Under the pieces are notes generated by a model. That model did not search any database and was not told where the DNA came from. It saw only the letters and a list, made by a program, of their open reading frames with translations. 45,137 nucleotides of DNA from Acidobacteriota bacterium (GTDB taxonomy: Bacteria > Acidobacteriota > Blastocatellia > Pyrinomonadales > Pyrinomonadaceae). The stretch is taken from NCBI GenBank assembly GCA_046733615.1, contig JBKPPP010000004.1, positions 1 through 45,137 on the forward strand. The letters are read 5' to 3'. The position numbers and the translations under genes are program-made. Numbering within the stretch: position 1 is the first letter of the stretch; the number at the start of each line of letters is the position of its first letter. Of the stretch, positions 1 to 9,371 are shown piece by piece.

Positions 1-1
1 G

Positions 2-505
2 ATCATTTTGGACGGCAAGTTGTGGCGCGGTGTTGACGGCGCGGCCGCGGAGATCGGTCACATGTGCGTCGATCCATTCGGCGGCGTGGCTTGCACGTGC
101 GGGAGTCGCGGCTGTCTCGAAGTGTTTGCGTCGGCGACTGCGATCGTTAGAATGACGCGCGAAGCGAGTCCGCGTTTTCCCGATTCCGTTTTGCACGCCA
201 GCGCTGAGCTGACGGCGGAAATGATCTTCGATGCGGGTCTCAAAGGCGACGAGCTGGCGCTCGAGATCTTTCGCCGCATGGGCGTTTACCTCGGCATCGG
301 TCTCGCAAATCTCATCAACATCCTCAACCCGGAGATGATCGTAATCGCGGGCGGCGTCGTGAATGGTTGGGGCCTGTTTGAAAAGCACATGCTCCAGCAA
401 GTCGAGGAGCGCGCGTTTCCGTTGCTGGCCGCGCGGGTGAAGATCGTACGCGCGGAGTGTGGCGACGACGCCGGGTTGCTCGGCGCTGCGCGCCTCGCCA
501 TTTAA
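2..505 (+). CDS. ROK-family sugar kinase (glucokinase-like), C-terminal part; 5' end lies outside the window
   Basis: Frame is open from the window edge (IILDGKLWRGVDGAAAEIGHM...). Contains the ROK EIGH region and the CxCGxxGCxE zinc motif (CTCGSRGCLE). Stop at 503-505. Confidence 0.8.
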   Translation: MILDGKLWRGVDGAAAEIGHMCVDPFGGVACTCGSRGCLEVFASATAIVRMTREASPRFPDSVLHASAELTAEMIFDAGLKGDELALEIFRRMGVYLGIGLANLINILNPEMIVIAGGVVNGWGLFEKHMLQQVEERAFPLLAARVKIVRAECGDDAGLLGAARLAI

Positions 506-511
506 GACAGA

Positions 512-2932
512 ATGAAAAGACTGCAAATTGTCTTTAGCGTTAGCGTGATATTTCTGCTGGTGGTCGTCACTGCTGCGCCGGCGTTGGCGCAGGATGTCAC
601 CGCGCTTCAGAAGATCGGCGCGATCGTCAGTTTTCAGCGCAACGATGACGGAATCACCTTTCGCTCCGACGACAACTCAGAAGTTCGGTTAACCATCCTG
701 GCTCCGGATCTGATTCGCGTGCGTGCGTCATTCGCCAAGCCGATCCCCGCACGCGATCATTCCTGGGCGATCGCCAAAGACACCTGGAATCCTTCGCGCT
801 GGACTCTCAAAAACACCGACGAGAGCGTGACGATCAGCACCGACGAGCTCCAAGTCATTGTGCGTCGCTCGCCGTTGCTGATCGAATTTCGCGACGCGCG
901 CACGCATCAACTCATCAATGCCGACGAGCAACCGATGGCGTATGACGCGAAAGAGGTGTTTGCGGCGATGATGTTCGATCCCCAGTCCGGCCCGTTTGTC
1001 GCCGCGTCGAAGAAGCTCGGCTTCGACGAACACTTTTACGGACTCGGCGAGAAAGCCGCCCGCCTCGACAAGCGGCGCGGCTTCTTCACCAACTGGAACT
1101 CCGACACGCCCGGTTACACCGAAGGGAAAGATCCGATCTATCAAACGATCCCGTTCTACATCGGCCTGCAACGTGGCGTCGCTTACGGGATCTTTTTCGA
1201 CAACAGTTATCGCAGCTATTTCGACTTCGGACGCTCGTCACAGGAGCGCGCGTGGTTCGGCGCGGAGGGCGGCGAGCTCAACTACTACTTTTTCTACGGT
1301 CCGCACATTAAAAAGATCCTCGGCCGCTACGCCGATCTGACGGGCCACATGCCGCTGCCGCCGCTGTGGGCGCTCGGTAACCAGCAGAGTCGCTGGAGTT
1401 ATTACCCCGACACGATGGTCGAAGAGGTCGCACGGCAATACCGCCAACACGATCTGCCGCTCGACGTGATTCACCTCGACATTCATTACATGGACGGCTA
1501 TCGCGTCTTCACTTTCGATCCGAAGCGTTTTCCGAATCCGAAAGCATTGGCGGAGAAACTCGGACAGCAGGGCGTAAAGCTCGTGACGATTGTCGATCCG
1601 GGCGTGAAAGCGCCGCCGCCAAGAGGTGGCCAGGACCAGCCGTATTTGGTCTTTGAAGAAGGCAGCCAGAAAAACTTTTTTCAGCACCGGCGCAACGGCC
1701 AACTGTTTGTGCCGCGCGTCTGGCCGGGCGAAAGCGTGTTTGTCGATTACACGCTTCCGGAAGCGCGTCGGTGGTGGGGCGATCTTCATCGCATCTATAC
1801 CGACAACGGCATTGCCGGAATCTGGAACGACATGAACGAGCCGTCCGATTTTATCGATCAGAGCGGCAAGAACCAGTTGGACGTTGTCAGCTTCGACGAG
1901 GGTGAGAAGACGACCCACGCCAAGAACCGCAACACGTTTGCGCTCCTGATGGCGCGCGCGACTTACGAAGGACTCGAACGCCTGCGCCCCGATCGCCGCC
2001 CGTACGTGATCACCCGCGCCGGCTATGCAGGCATTCAGCGTTACGCGACGATGTGGACCGGCGACACGAACAGTACGTGGGAAGCGCTCGCTCTGAACAT
2101 TCCGATGTTCACAACGCTGGGTTTGTCCGGTGAACCGTTTGTCGGTAGCGACGTCGGCGGCTTCATCGGCCGCGGCAACGGCGAGTTGCTCGTGCGTTCG
2201 TACCAGGTTGGATTCCTGGCGCCGTTCTGTCGCAACCACAAAGTGATGGACGGTTACGATCAGGAGCCGTGGCGCTTCGGCAAGTATTACGAAGACATTA
2301 TTCGCAGATTTCTGAAGCTGCGTTACGAGCTGTTGCCGTTCCTGTACACGGTGCTGGAAGAGGCGCATCGCACCGGTGTGCCGGTGTTCCGCCCGCTCGT
2401 CCTCAACTACCCGGACGATCCGAACACTTACAACATCGACGACCAGTTCATGATCGGTGACGACCTGCTCGTCGCGCCCATCCTGAAGCCGGATTTAACC
2501 CGACGGCTCGTCTATCTCCCCGCCGGCAAGTGGTACGACTACTGGACGAACAAGCAGATCGAGGGTGGAACGATGATCCCCATCGAAGCGCCGCTCGAAA
2601 CCGTGCCGATGTTTGTTCGCGCCGGGGCAATGATTCCCACCGCGCCGCCGCGCAACTACATTGGCGAGAAGCCGGCGGACCCGATTACGTTCAACATCTA
2701 CCCAACCGAGAGCGGCTCGGCTTCGGCTGCGCTCTACGAGGACGACGGGCTGAGTCCTGCCTATAAAACCGGCATGTTTTTGCGGACGACATTGAGTGTA
2801 AAACGCGTCCGAAACCGCTTTGAAGTATCGACGGACAAGACGGAAGGGCAGTACAACGCGGACCCGCGGAGGTTTAACTTCGTCATCAAGGGCAGCCAGA
2901 GTTCAGCAACGATCATCCGGATTAAAACATAA
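512..2932 (+). CDS. Glycoside hydrolase family 31 alpha-glucosidase, secreted
   Basis: 806 aa with a signal-peptide-like N-terminus (...VVTAAPALAQD). GH31 nucleophile region GIWNDMNEPS and acid/base region MWTGDTNS are present. Confidence 0.85.
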   Translation: MKRLQIVFSVSVIFLLVVVTAAPALAQDVTALQKIGAIVSFQRNDDGITFRSDDNSEVRLTILAPDLIRVRASFAKPIPARDHSWAIAKDTWNPSRWTLKNTDESVTISTDELQVIVRRSPLLIEFRDARTHQLINADEQPMAYDAKEVFAAMMFDPQSGPFVAASKKLGFDEHFYGLGEKAARLDKRRGFFTNWNSDTPGYTEGKDPIYQTIPFYIGLQRGVAYGIFFDNSYRSYFDFGRSSQERAWFGAEGGELNYYFFYGPHIKKILGRYADLTGHMPLPPLWALGNQQSRWSYYPDTMVEEVARQYRQHDLPLDVIHLDIHYMDGYRVFTFDPKRFPNPKALAEKLGQQGVKLVTIVDPGVKAPPPRGGQDQPYLVFEEGSQKNFFQHRRNGQLFVPRVWPGESVFVDYTLPEARRWWGDLHRIYTDNGIAGIWNDMNEPSDFIDQSGKNQLDVVSFDEGEKTTHAKNRNTFALLMARATYEGLERLRPDRRPYVITRAGYAGIQRYATMWTGDTNSTWEALALNIPMFTTLGLSGEPFVGSDVGGFIGRGNGELLVRSYQVGFLAPFCRNHKVMDGYDQEPWRFGKYYEDIIRRFLKLRYELLPFLYTVLEEAHRTGVPVFRPLVLNYPDDPNTYNIDDQFMIGDDLLVAPILKPDLTRRLVYLPAGKWYDYWTNKQIEGGTMIPIEAPLETVPMFVRAGAMIPTAPPRNYIGEKPADPITFNIYPTESGSASAALYEDDGLSPAYKTGMFLRTTLSVKRVRNRFEVSTDKTEGQYNADPRRFNFVIKGSQSSATIIRIKT

Positions 2933-3059
2933 TGGTTGCATTGCGGTGACAATTTCCACACACTTCGCCACTATTTTGGCGCGCACCCGCAAATTGTACC
3001 GAACATCCCCGATATGGAGGCCCCCAAGGGTTCAACTTTTTGAAAGTTTGGGTAAACGT

Positions 3060-3449
3060 ATGAGCAAACCAAGGGTTCTCACCTTAGCTGTGAGCGTGGT
3101 TTTTGTTTTAACTTTGGCTTCATCGGTTTTTGCCGATGCGATCAACACACCGCCCGGATTGGAAAAACTCAGTTTAGCGGGCGATAGTTTGAGCGCTCCC
3201 GACATCGTGAAGGGCGAAACCGGATACCTCTTCGCCGAACACTTTGCGAACAACAGCGGCAAGCATCTTGGCTTCAGTGTGGCAGCATTTCACGCGGGCC
3301 CGAAATTCGGCCTGACCAACCCGCGTAATCCACTCTCGTCTGCGGCGCCGACACAGAATCCTGAACCGACGGGCATGCTTCTTTTGGGAACTGGCCTGGC
3401 GGCAGGAGCGGCTTTCGCGCGACGTTGGAATCGGAAGCGTAGAGCCTAG
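3060..3449 (+). CDS. PEP-CTERM sorting-domain protein
   Basis: The internal ATG at 3060 gives signal peptide MSKPRVLTLAVSVVFVLTLASSVFA. The C-terminus PEPTGMLLLGTGLAAGAAFARRWNRKRRA has the PEP motif, a hydrophobic helix and an Arg-rich tail. The longer ORF from 2820 has an Arg/Thr-rich, non-protein-like N-terminus. Confidence 0.75.
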   Translation: MSKPRVLTLAVSVVFVLTLASSVFADAINTPPGLEKLSLAGDSLSAPDIVKGETGYLFAEHFANNSGKHLGFSVAAFHAGPKFGLTNPRNPLSSAAPTQNPEPTGMLLLGTGLAAGAAFARRWNRKRRA

Positions 3450-3452
3450 GGC

Positions 3453-3806
3453 TTATCGTCCAAGAACTATATCGAAAACGCCAGTCTGAAACTTCACACT
3501 ATTCTGCGTGTGCTCTCCGACGGCAATGGCATTCTCGATCCGGTACATCGGGTCGCTCTTTTTGGGATCCTCAAGGAAGTGGATCTCTGTGACTAGCGGC
3601 TTATATCCGGGGCAAACCGCGACCAGATAGTGTGCGCAGCGCCGGAACTCTGGCGCTCCGGTCGGATTAGGTCGATACGGAATCGGCCGAATACTCTCCA
3701 GTTCGTAAAGTCCCGTCTCCGCGGAAACCAAACGGCCACGATTGCGAAAGTCAGTCGTGCCGTTTGAGTATTTCTCCTGCATATCGACGTGCCAGAAATC
3801 GAGCAC
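3453..3806 (-). CDS. Intradiol ring-cleavage dioxygenase-like protein, apparently N-terminally short
   Basis: The pattern LDFWHVD...YS...RGRLVSAETGLYELESIRPIPY...AHYLVAVCPGYKPLVTEIHFLEDP resembles the dioxygenase core fold. It is only 117 aa, and no upstream in-frame extension is possible because the next gene starts at 3852. Confidence 0.4.
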   Translation of the reverse strand: MLDFWHVDMQEKYSNGTTDFRNRGRLVSAETGLYELESIRPIPYRPNPTGAPEFRRCAHYLVAVCPGYKPLVTEIHFLEDPKKSDPMYRIENAIAVGEHTQNSVKFQTGVFDIVLGR

Positions 3807-3851
3807 CGCGCCCGGTAATGGGCGTTTCGAGGCACCCTTGCGGACCGGTTT

Positions 3852-4892
3852 ATGACGAAATCGATGGTGCTCGCGTGGCTCATTCTGTGCGCTGCGGTTG
3901 TGGCGTCAGGGCAGACTGTTGACTCGTCTGCCCTCAACGTGCGGCTGGTGACGGACGAACCAGAGGCAGTGCTGGCGATACTCGCAAAAATCAAATCCAA
4001 CCAGACGGTTTCAGACGCCGACTGGCAGCGTGTGTTTCAAAGCGAGGGCTACACCCGGCTCAAGCAGCGTGAAATGTCGATGAAGCGCTCGTTTGAAGAT
4101 ACGGATTTCAAGACGTTCGTTCTTTCGGAGAAGCTTGCGGCGCGCGCGCAGTCACTCGAGGAGGCGCTTGCTCGCTGGCGCCGCGCCGATCTCACGCGTG
4201 CAGCGAAGCTGGCCCTGGCTTATCTGCCGGCGCAGGCGCGGATCAGAGTGAAGGTTTATCCCGTTATCAAACCGCGTGAGAACAGTTTTGTCTTTGACGT
4301 GAAGACCGATCCGGCGATCTTTCTTTATCTCGATCCGGCCATGGGCCAGGAGAAGTTTGAGAACACTCTGGCGCACGAGTTTCATCACATTGGCTACGGC
4401 GGCAGTTGTCCCGTGGCGGCGACCGAGAACGAGATCACAAAGTTGCCGGCGCCGTTACAGACTGTTCTGGGGTGGACCGGCGCGTTTGGAGAAGGTCTCG
4501 CGATGCTGGCCGCTGCGGGCGGACCGGATATTCATCCTCACGCAGTCAGCAGTGCGGCAGATCGTGCGCGTTGGGACAAAGACGTCGCCAACTTCAATGA
4601 CGATCTGAAGAAAGTCGAAAAGTTTTTTCTGGATATCCTGGACAAGAGACTGACGGAAGAGCAGGTTCAGCAAACAGGCTTTTCGTTCTTTGGCACGCAG
4701 GGACCCTGGTACACGGTTGGTTGGAAAATGTCGGTGGTGATCGAGCAGACTTTTGGACGGGCGCGTTTGATCGAATCGTTCTGCGATCCGCGAAAACTGC
4801 TGGCGACCTACAACGAAGCGGCGGCGAAACAGAACCGCAATCTGCGCGAGCCACTCGCGCTCTGGTCCACTTCTTTAACGGAAACGAAATGA
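3852..4892 (+). CDS. Secreted putative zinc metallopeptidase (HExxH)
   Basis: Signal peptide MTKSMVLAWLILCAAVVASGQ. Single HExxH motif in LAHEFHHIGYG. 346 aa. It may belong to the DUF5700-type putative peptidases (from memory, unverified). Confidence 0.5.
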   Translation: MTKSMVLAWLILCAAVVASGQTVDSSALNVRLVTDEPEAVLAILAKIKSNQTVSDADWQRVFQSEGYTRLKQREMSMKRSFEDTDFKTFVLSEKLAARAQSLEEALARWRRADLTRAAKLALAYLPAQARIRVKVYPVIKPRENSFVFDVKTDPAIFLYLDPAMGQEKFENTLAHEFHHIGYGGSCPVAATENEITKLPAPLQTVLGWTGAFGEGLAMLAAAGGPDIHPHAVSSAADRARWDKDVANFNDDLKKVEKFFLDILDKRLTEEQVQQTGFSFFGTQGPWYTVGWKMSVVIEQTFGRARLIESFCDPRKLLATYNEAAAKQNRNLREPLALWSTSLTETK

Positions 4893-5225
4893 GCTGTAGC
4901 CGATTATGCCGAAATAGACGACGAGTGTGATGGCGCTCCAGTATTCCATGGGAATCGAGTAGAGCGTGTGGCGCGGTCGTAGCAGTGTCACCGGTCCGGT
5001 TTTCTCATACGTGATTTCCTGGACCTTCTGCCGGTTGAGGCGCCGGCCCGTGACGAAGATGAGAATTGCTCCAAGCACGATCATTGAGTGCAGCGGCCAC
5101 CACGAAGACGTGCGCAGCACGTCGAAACCAAAACCGTAGTAGAGGATCGCGCTAATCACGATGAAGGGAGCGATCAAGAGCAAAGGGATCAGGTATCCCT
5201 GGCCGGTGTAGAAAATCATCAGCAA
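4875..5225 (-). CDS. Small integral membrane protein, unknown function
   Basis: 116 aa with three clearly hydrophobic segments. It starts 3 nt downstream of the stop of the 5229 gene (operon-like). No recognisable motif. Confidence 0.4.
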   Translation of the reverse strand: MLMIFYTGQGYLIPLLLIAPFIVISAILYYGFGFDVLRTSSWWPLHSMIVLGAILIFVTGRRLNRQKVQEITYEKTGPVTLLRPRHTLYSIPMEYWSAITLVVYFGIIGYSSFRFR

Positions 5226-5228
5226 ACC

Positions 5229-5723
5229 TCACATTGCGTCGGGACTTTGGCTGACGCTTTCACAGCCTTGATGGAGGATCTGTAAGATACTTCGGGTATC
5301 CATATCCAGGCCGCTGGTGCTGATGGAGAGGGAGCTCATGCCGAAAACGCGCTGCACCTGCGAGAGTAGCTTCAGCCACGCAGGCCGGCGCGCGTCGTAA
5401 GTCTCGTGGTTGCGAAGCTCCAGCGAGATGTAATCCGCGCCGTGAAGATTGTGCCACTTCATGCGCCGGATATCGTCCCAACGGATCACTCCGACCTTCA
5501 GCCGCCGATCAAACACGCCTTCGTCGTTGAGAACGATGCAGGGACCCTCGCCCTCCGGACGTATCAGTCTCACCACCAGGACCACCAGCATAACCCCGCC
5601 CGCAACCCACACTATGAACGGCAGGTAACCCAGCATGTAATAGAGGACGCCCGCCGCGACGAGCATGAGCAGGGCCATACGCCACTTGTGATTCGGTTCG
5701 ATTTTGATTTCGGTTGAGGACAT
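5229..5723 (-). CDS. Membrane protein with two N-terminal TM helices and a bacterial PH-like domain (STM3941-like)
   Basis: From the internal start MSSTEIKIEPNHKWRMALLMLVAAGVLYY...: two TM helices, then IVLNDEGVFDRRLKVGVIRWDDIRRM, typical of membrane-tethered bPH domains. The ORF could extend to 5762. Confidence 0.45.
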   Translation of the reverse strand: MSSTEIKIEPNHKWRMALLMLVAAGVLYYMLGYLPFIVWVAGGVMLVVLVVRLIRPEGEGPCIVLNDEGVFDRRLKVGVIRWDDIRRMKWHNLHGADYISLELRNHETYDARRPAWLKLLSQVQRVFGMSSLSISTSGLDMDTRSILQILHQGCESVSQSPDAM

Positions 5724-5879
5724 GCTGAAGGACGCGCGAGCCTGGGATTCGTCCTGACGCAAGTATCTATTGCGCGCCGAGCGGCTGTCAACAAATTTGT
5801 CTCAAGGCCTTTTCGGCAAAAAAGTGCCACCGTGCTATCTTGTTCGAGCTAAACGAAAAAAGTATCAAGGGGTAAGAGG

Positions 5880-7019
5880 ATGCATCACAAATGGTCTCGG
5901 GAGCGCCTCCCGTCTCTGTTGATTCTTGCGGGCCCCCTTCTGTTTGCGCCTACCGCCGGCGCGCAACAGGTCTGCTACACGGCTGGCGCTCGCGAGCAGG
6001 CCGAAAAAACAGCGAAGGTCTGGCGCACACCCGACGAGGGCTACGATCCGGTGCTCGGCTACAACCCGGCCAACGGCCCGCGCCGCGGCGCGCCCGAAGT
6101 GGATGCAAACGGCCTCGCGAAAGCCATCAAGTGCGTCGCGAACAAGGACGAAAACCCGGGCGCCGGCACGACACCGAAGTTTCATTGCTCAGTTCAAGGC
6201 GTGACTGACGAAGAAGGCAAACTGGTCCGTTACAAAATCAAGCCTCACTTCAAAGGGCAGTCGCCCGAAAAAAGAAATGGTGAGATCTACGGCGAGTTTT
6301 TGTCGTCGCGGTTTTCGAAAGCGCTCGGCTTCTTCGCCGACGACGAATGGGTCGCGGACGTTACCTGTCCGGACTGCAAGAAGAGTTTGACGCGCAGTTT
6401 TCAGGGCGCGCCTTTCTCGCCGTTTCAACCTGCCGCCGGCATCGAGCTTCCGCTCGCGCGCGGCCTCGACGTGAAGTGCGACGGCAAAGATTCCGCTCCG
6501 CTGGCGGGCTCGCTTCAGAAGCTGCTCGACAACGGCGGGTCGCGCGCGGAGATCGACGCCTTCAAACTCTGGCTGGCCTTTATCGATCATGGCGACACGA
6601 AGACTGACAATCACAAGATTGCGTGTCTCAAGTCTACGAAGGACGGCGACACTCGCAGGTGCGAACCCGGCGAAGCCGTCTTTTATGTCAGCGACATGGG
6701 TTCGACGTTCGGGTACTCGAGTTCGAGTGAGAGCAAAGCGCGGCTCGAAGTCTGGCGTAAGAAAGATCCCATCGAAGTGCGCGGCGGAAAGTGCACGGCG
6801 ACGGCGAAGAGTGTTGGCTCGACGGAGATTGGCGAAGGCGGACGGAAGTTGTTGGCGGATGGACTTCAGCGACTGCTCGACGCCGAGAAACAGAATCAGA
6901 CGATCACGAAGGTTTTTGCGGCTTCGCGAAACGCGGAGCGCGATCGACCCCCGGCGGAGTGGACCGCGGAATTCGAACGCAAGGCGCGCCTGATCATCGA
7001 CGCCCACTGCTCGAACTAG
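5880..7019 (+). CDS. Secreted hypothetical protein with protein-kinase-like motifs
   Basis: Signal peptide ...LLILAGPLLFAPTAGAQQ. Several Cys pairs. Kinase-like strings KLVRYKIKP, GEIYGEFLSSRFSKALGF, FIDHGDTKTDNHKI and YVSDMGSTFG (see finding). Confidence 0.55.
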   Translation: MHHKWSRERLPSLLILAGPLLFAPTAGAQQVCYTAGAREQAEKTAKVWRTPDEGYDPVLGYNPANGPRRGAPEVDANGLAKAIKCVANKDENPGAGTTPKFHCSVQGVTDEEGKLVRYKIKPHFKGQSPEKRNGEIYGEFLSSRFSKALGFFADDEWVADVTCPDCKKSLTRSFQGAPFSPFQPAAGIELPLARGLDVKCDGKDSAPLAGSLQKLLDNGGSRAEIDAFKLWLAFIDHGDTKTDNHKIACLKSTKDGDTRRCEPGEAVFYVSDMGSTFGYSSSSESKARLEVWRKKDPIEVRGGKCTATAKSVGSTEIGEGGRKLLADGLQRLLDAEKQNQTITKVFAASRNAERDRPPAEWTAEFERKARLIIDAHCSN

Positions 7020-7155
7020 TGGGTTCACCAGAACGTTTGAAACGCTCTTGAGCCGAGGTTTTTTAGCCAGAGATGAACGCAGAAAAAAGGGATAAGCAGT
7101 GGCCCGACTCCGTGTAAATCCGTGAAATCTGTGGCTAACTCTCAGACTCCTCAAA

Positions 7156-9336
7156 ATGAAAACTCAGGGTAAGAAGTTGATGCAATCCGAAAGTCCGAAG
7201 CCCGCGCCGTTGAAGCCGAAACGTTTCTTTGCCTGGTCAGTGCTGAACCGCGATCTGTGCCAGTTGGAGTTCTTCAGGCGAGTGCTGGAAGAGGCGCTCG
7301 ACAAATCATCACCAGTGCTAGAGCGGCTGAAGTTCCTCTCCGTCTTCTCGTCGAACCTGGACGAATTTTTCATGGTCCGCGTCTCGGGTATCAAGGAGAT
7401 GCTGGACATCGAGGATCTCGGCCCGATGCCCGGCGAGCTGACGCCGGTCGAGCAGCTTGCGGTGATTCGCAATCGCGTGCTGACGCTCGTCGAGGAGCAC
7501 ACGCGCTGTCTGCGTGAAGAAGTGATTCCGGAGCTCGGTGCAAACGGCGTGGTCATCGCGCCGTATGCGTCACTCAAAAAAGACGAGCAGCGCGGCCTGA
7601 ATCAGTACTTCATGAAAAACATCTTTCGCGTGCTGACACCGCAGGCTGTCGATCCGGCGCGCCCGTTTCCTTACATCTCGAACCTGAGCTTGAACATCGG
7701 TCTCACGGTTGAAAGCAATCCGGAAGACACGCTTGCGGGTGCGCCACTCGGCAACGAGAAGCGCTTCGTGCGAATTAAAGTTCCGCCCGTAGTGCCGCGG
7801 CTGATTCCGGTGAGTAAGAGCCAGGTGAAGTTTGCACTCGTGGAGGAAGTGATCGAGGCAAACATTCACCGGCTGTTTCCCAGCATGCACTTGAGCAAGG
7901 GGCACCTGTTTCGCGTGACGCGCGATGCCGACGTCGAGATCCGCGACGACAAGGCGGCGGACCTGCTCGCCTTGATCAAGGAATCGTTGCGCGAGCGGCG
8001 GTTTGGTTTGCCGGTGCGCCTGGAAGTGTCGTCGTCGATGCCCGCGGAGATGGTCGACTACCTCACGACGTCGCTGCGCATCGACTCGAATGATGTTTAC
8101 GCGATTGACGGGTTGCTGGACGCGCCCGACTTGATGGAGCTCTACAGCCTCCCGCGGCCTGATCTAAGAGATAAGCCGCTGAAGGCGACGGTGCCGGCGG
8201 TGTTGCGCAACAAGGAGTCGTTCTTTGACGCGCTCAAGAAGCAGGACGTGCTGCTGCATCATCCGTACACGTCGTTCGGAACGATCATCGATTTCATACG
8301 CGCCTCGGCGCAGGATCCGCAGGTAGTGGCGATCAAGATGTGTCTCTACCGCACCGGACAAAACTCGCCGATTGCGCAGGCGCTGATCGAAGCGAGTGAG
8401 CGAGGCAAGCAGGTCACCGCGGTAGTCGAGATCAAAGCGCGCTTCGACGAGGAGAACAACATCGAATGGGCCAAGCGGCTTGCCGAATCGGGCGTGCACG
8501 TCGTGTACGGTCTGATAGATCTGAAAACCCACAGCAAGGTCGCGCTGGTTGTGCGGCGCGAGGACGACGGTCTTCAAACGTACACGCACATCGCGACCGG
8601 CAACTACAACCCGACAACCTCGCGGCTTTACACCGATCTCGGTTTGCTGACCGCCGACACGGTAATCGGCGACGACGCCACTGACCTGTTCAACTTTCTC
8701 ACCGGATTCTCGATGCAGAAGGAGTACACGCGGCTGATGGTGGCGCCGCTGAATCTGCGCAAGCGCATGATGGCGCTGATCAAACGCGAAACGGCGCATG
8801 CGGAAGCAGGACGGCCGGCGCGGATCGCCGCGAAAGTGAATCGCCTGACGGATCTGAACATCATTGAAGCGCTTTACGAAGCGTCGCAGGCGGGAGTGCA
8901 GATCGATCTGATCGTGCGTGGCGCGTGCATGATTCGTCCAGGCGAGCCGGGACTCTCGCCCACGATTCACGTCCGCAGCATCGTCGGACGTTTTCTCGAG
9001 CACAGTCGCATCTTCTTCTTCGCGAATGGAGGCGATGAAGAAGTCTACATCGGCTCGGCTGACTGGATGACGCGCAATCTGGATCGTCGGGTCGAAGTGG
9101 TGACGCAGGTGCTCGATACACACGCGAAGAAGTATTTGAAAGACACCGTGCTGGGCGCGTATCTGCGCGACAACGTGAAGGCGCGCGTGATGAACTCCGA
9201 CGGCAGCTACGAACGCCCGCCGATGTCACCGGGCGAAGAGCCGTTCAATAGCCAGTTGTTTTTCGAGGGTCCAAACAGCTCACCGGCAGTCGCGAGCGTT
9301 CACCCGTTGAAGAAGCCGTTGTGGACTAAGCAGTAG
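7156..9336 (+). CDS. ppk1: Polyphosphate kinase 1
   Basis: 726 aa. N-terminal PPK1 signature NRDLCQLEFFRRVLEEA...PVLERLKFLSVFSSNLDEFFMVRVSG and C-terminal PLD-like repeats (HSKVALVVRRE..., FLEHSRIFFF). The start may be a few codons downstream. Confidence 0.92.
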   Translation: MKTQGKKLMQSESPKPAPLKPKRFFAWSVLNRDLCQLEFFRRVLEEALDKSSPVLERLKFLSVFSSNLDEFFMVRVSGIKEMLDIEDLGPMPGELTPVEQLAVIRNRVLTLVEEHTRCLREEVIPELGANGVVIAPYASLKKDEQRGLNQYFMKNIFRVLTPQAVDPARPFPYISNLSLNIGLTVESNPEDTLAGAPLGNEKRFVRIKVPPVVPRLIPVSKSQVKFALVEEVIEANIHRLFPSMHLSKGHLFRVTRDADVEIRDDKAADLLALIKESLRERRFGLPVRLEVSSSMPAEMVDYLTTSLRIDSNDVYAIDGLLDAPDLMELYSLPRPDLRDKPLKATVPAVLRNKESFFDALKKQDVLLHHPYTSFGTIIDFIRASAQDPQVVAIKMCLYRTGQNSPIAQALIEASERGKQVTAVVEIKARFDEENNIEWAKRLAESGVHVVYGLIDLKTHSKVALVVRREDDGLQTYTHIATGNYNPTTSRLYTDLGLLTADTVIGDDATDLFNFLTGFSMQKEYTRLMVAPLNLRKRMMALIKRETAHAEAGRPARIAAKVNRLTDLNIIEALYEASQAGVQIDLIVRGACMIRPGEPGLSPTIHVRSIVGRFLEHSRIFFFANGGDEEVYIGSADWMTRNLDRRVEVVTQVLDTHAKKYLKDTVLGAYLRDNVKARVMNSDGSYERPPMSPGEEPFNSQLFFEGPNSSPAVASVHPLKKPLWTKQ

Positions 9337-9371
9337 ATCGAGTTTTCGGAGCCGAGAAAGGAAGAGGAGAG

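Noticed and set aside
2977-2991. TGGCGCGCACCCGCA upstream of the PEP-CTERM gene as a sigma54 promoter
   Set aside because: The GG/GC spacing is one nt too short.
2820-3059. Upstream extensions of several ORF-track entries (2820, 14480, 15631, 18618, 26884, 28568, 29002, 33056, 34465-34512)
   Set aside because: The extended N-termini are basic or low-complexity. They overlap the preceding gene or its terminator region. Internal starts give proper signal peptides, Rossmann motifs or RBSs.
5814-5829. Minus-strand TGGCACTTTTTTGCCG upstream of the 5229-5762 gene as a sigma54 promoter
   Set aside because: The -24 element is perfect, but the GG-to-GC spacing is one nt short of the strict requirement. 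It would need experimental support.
6189-7154. 321-aa ORF antisense to the 5880-7019 gene (similar cases: 1238-2368, 8164-9123, 17422-18288, 9993-10685)
   Set aside because: Arg/Ala-rich, low-complexity translations that overlap genes with recognisable domains or signal peptides on the other strand. No RBS or domain support.
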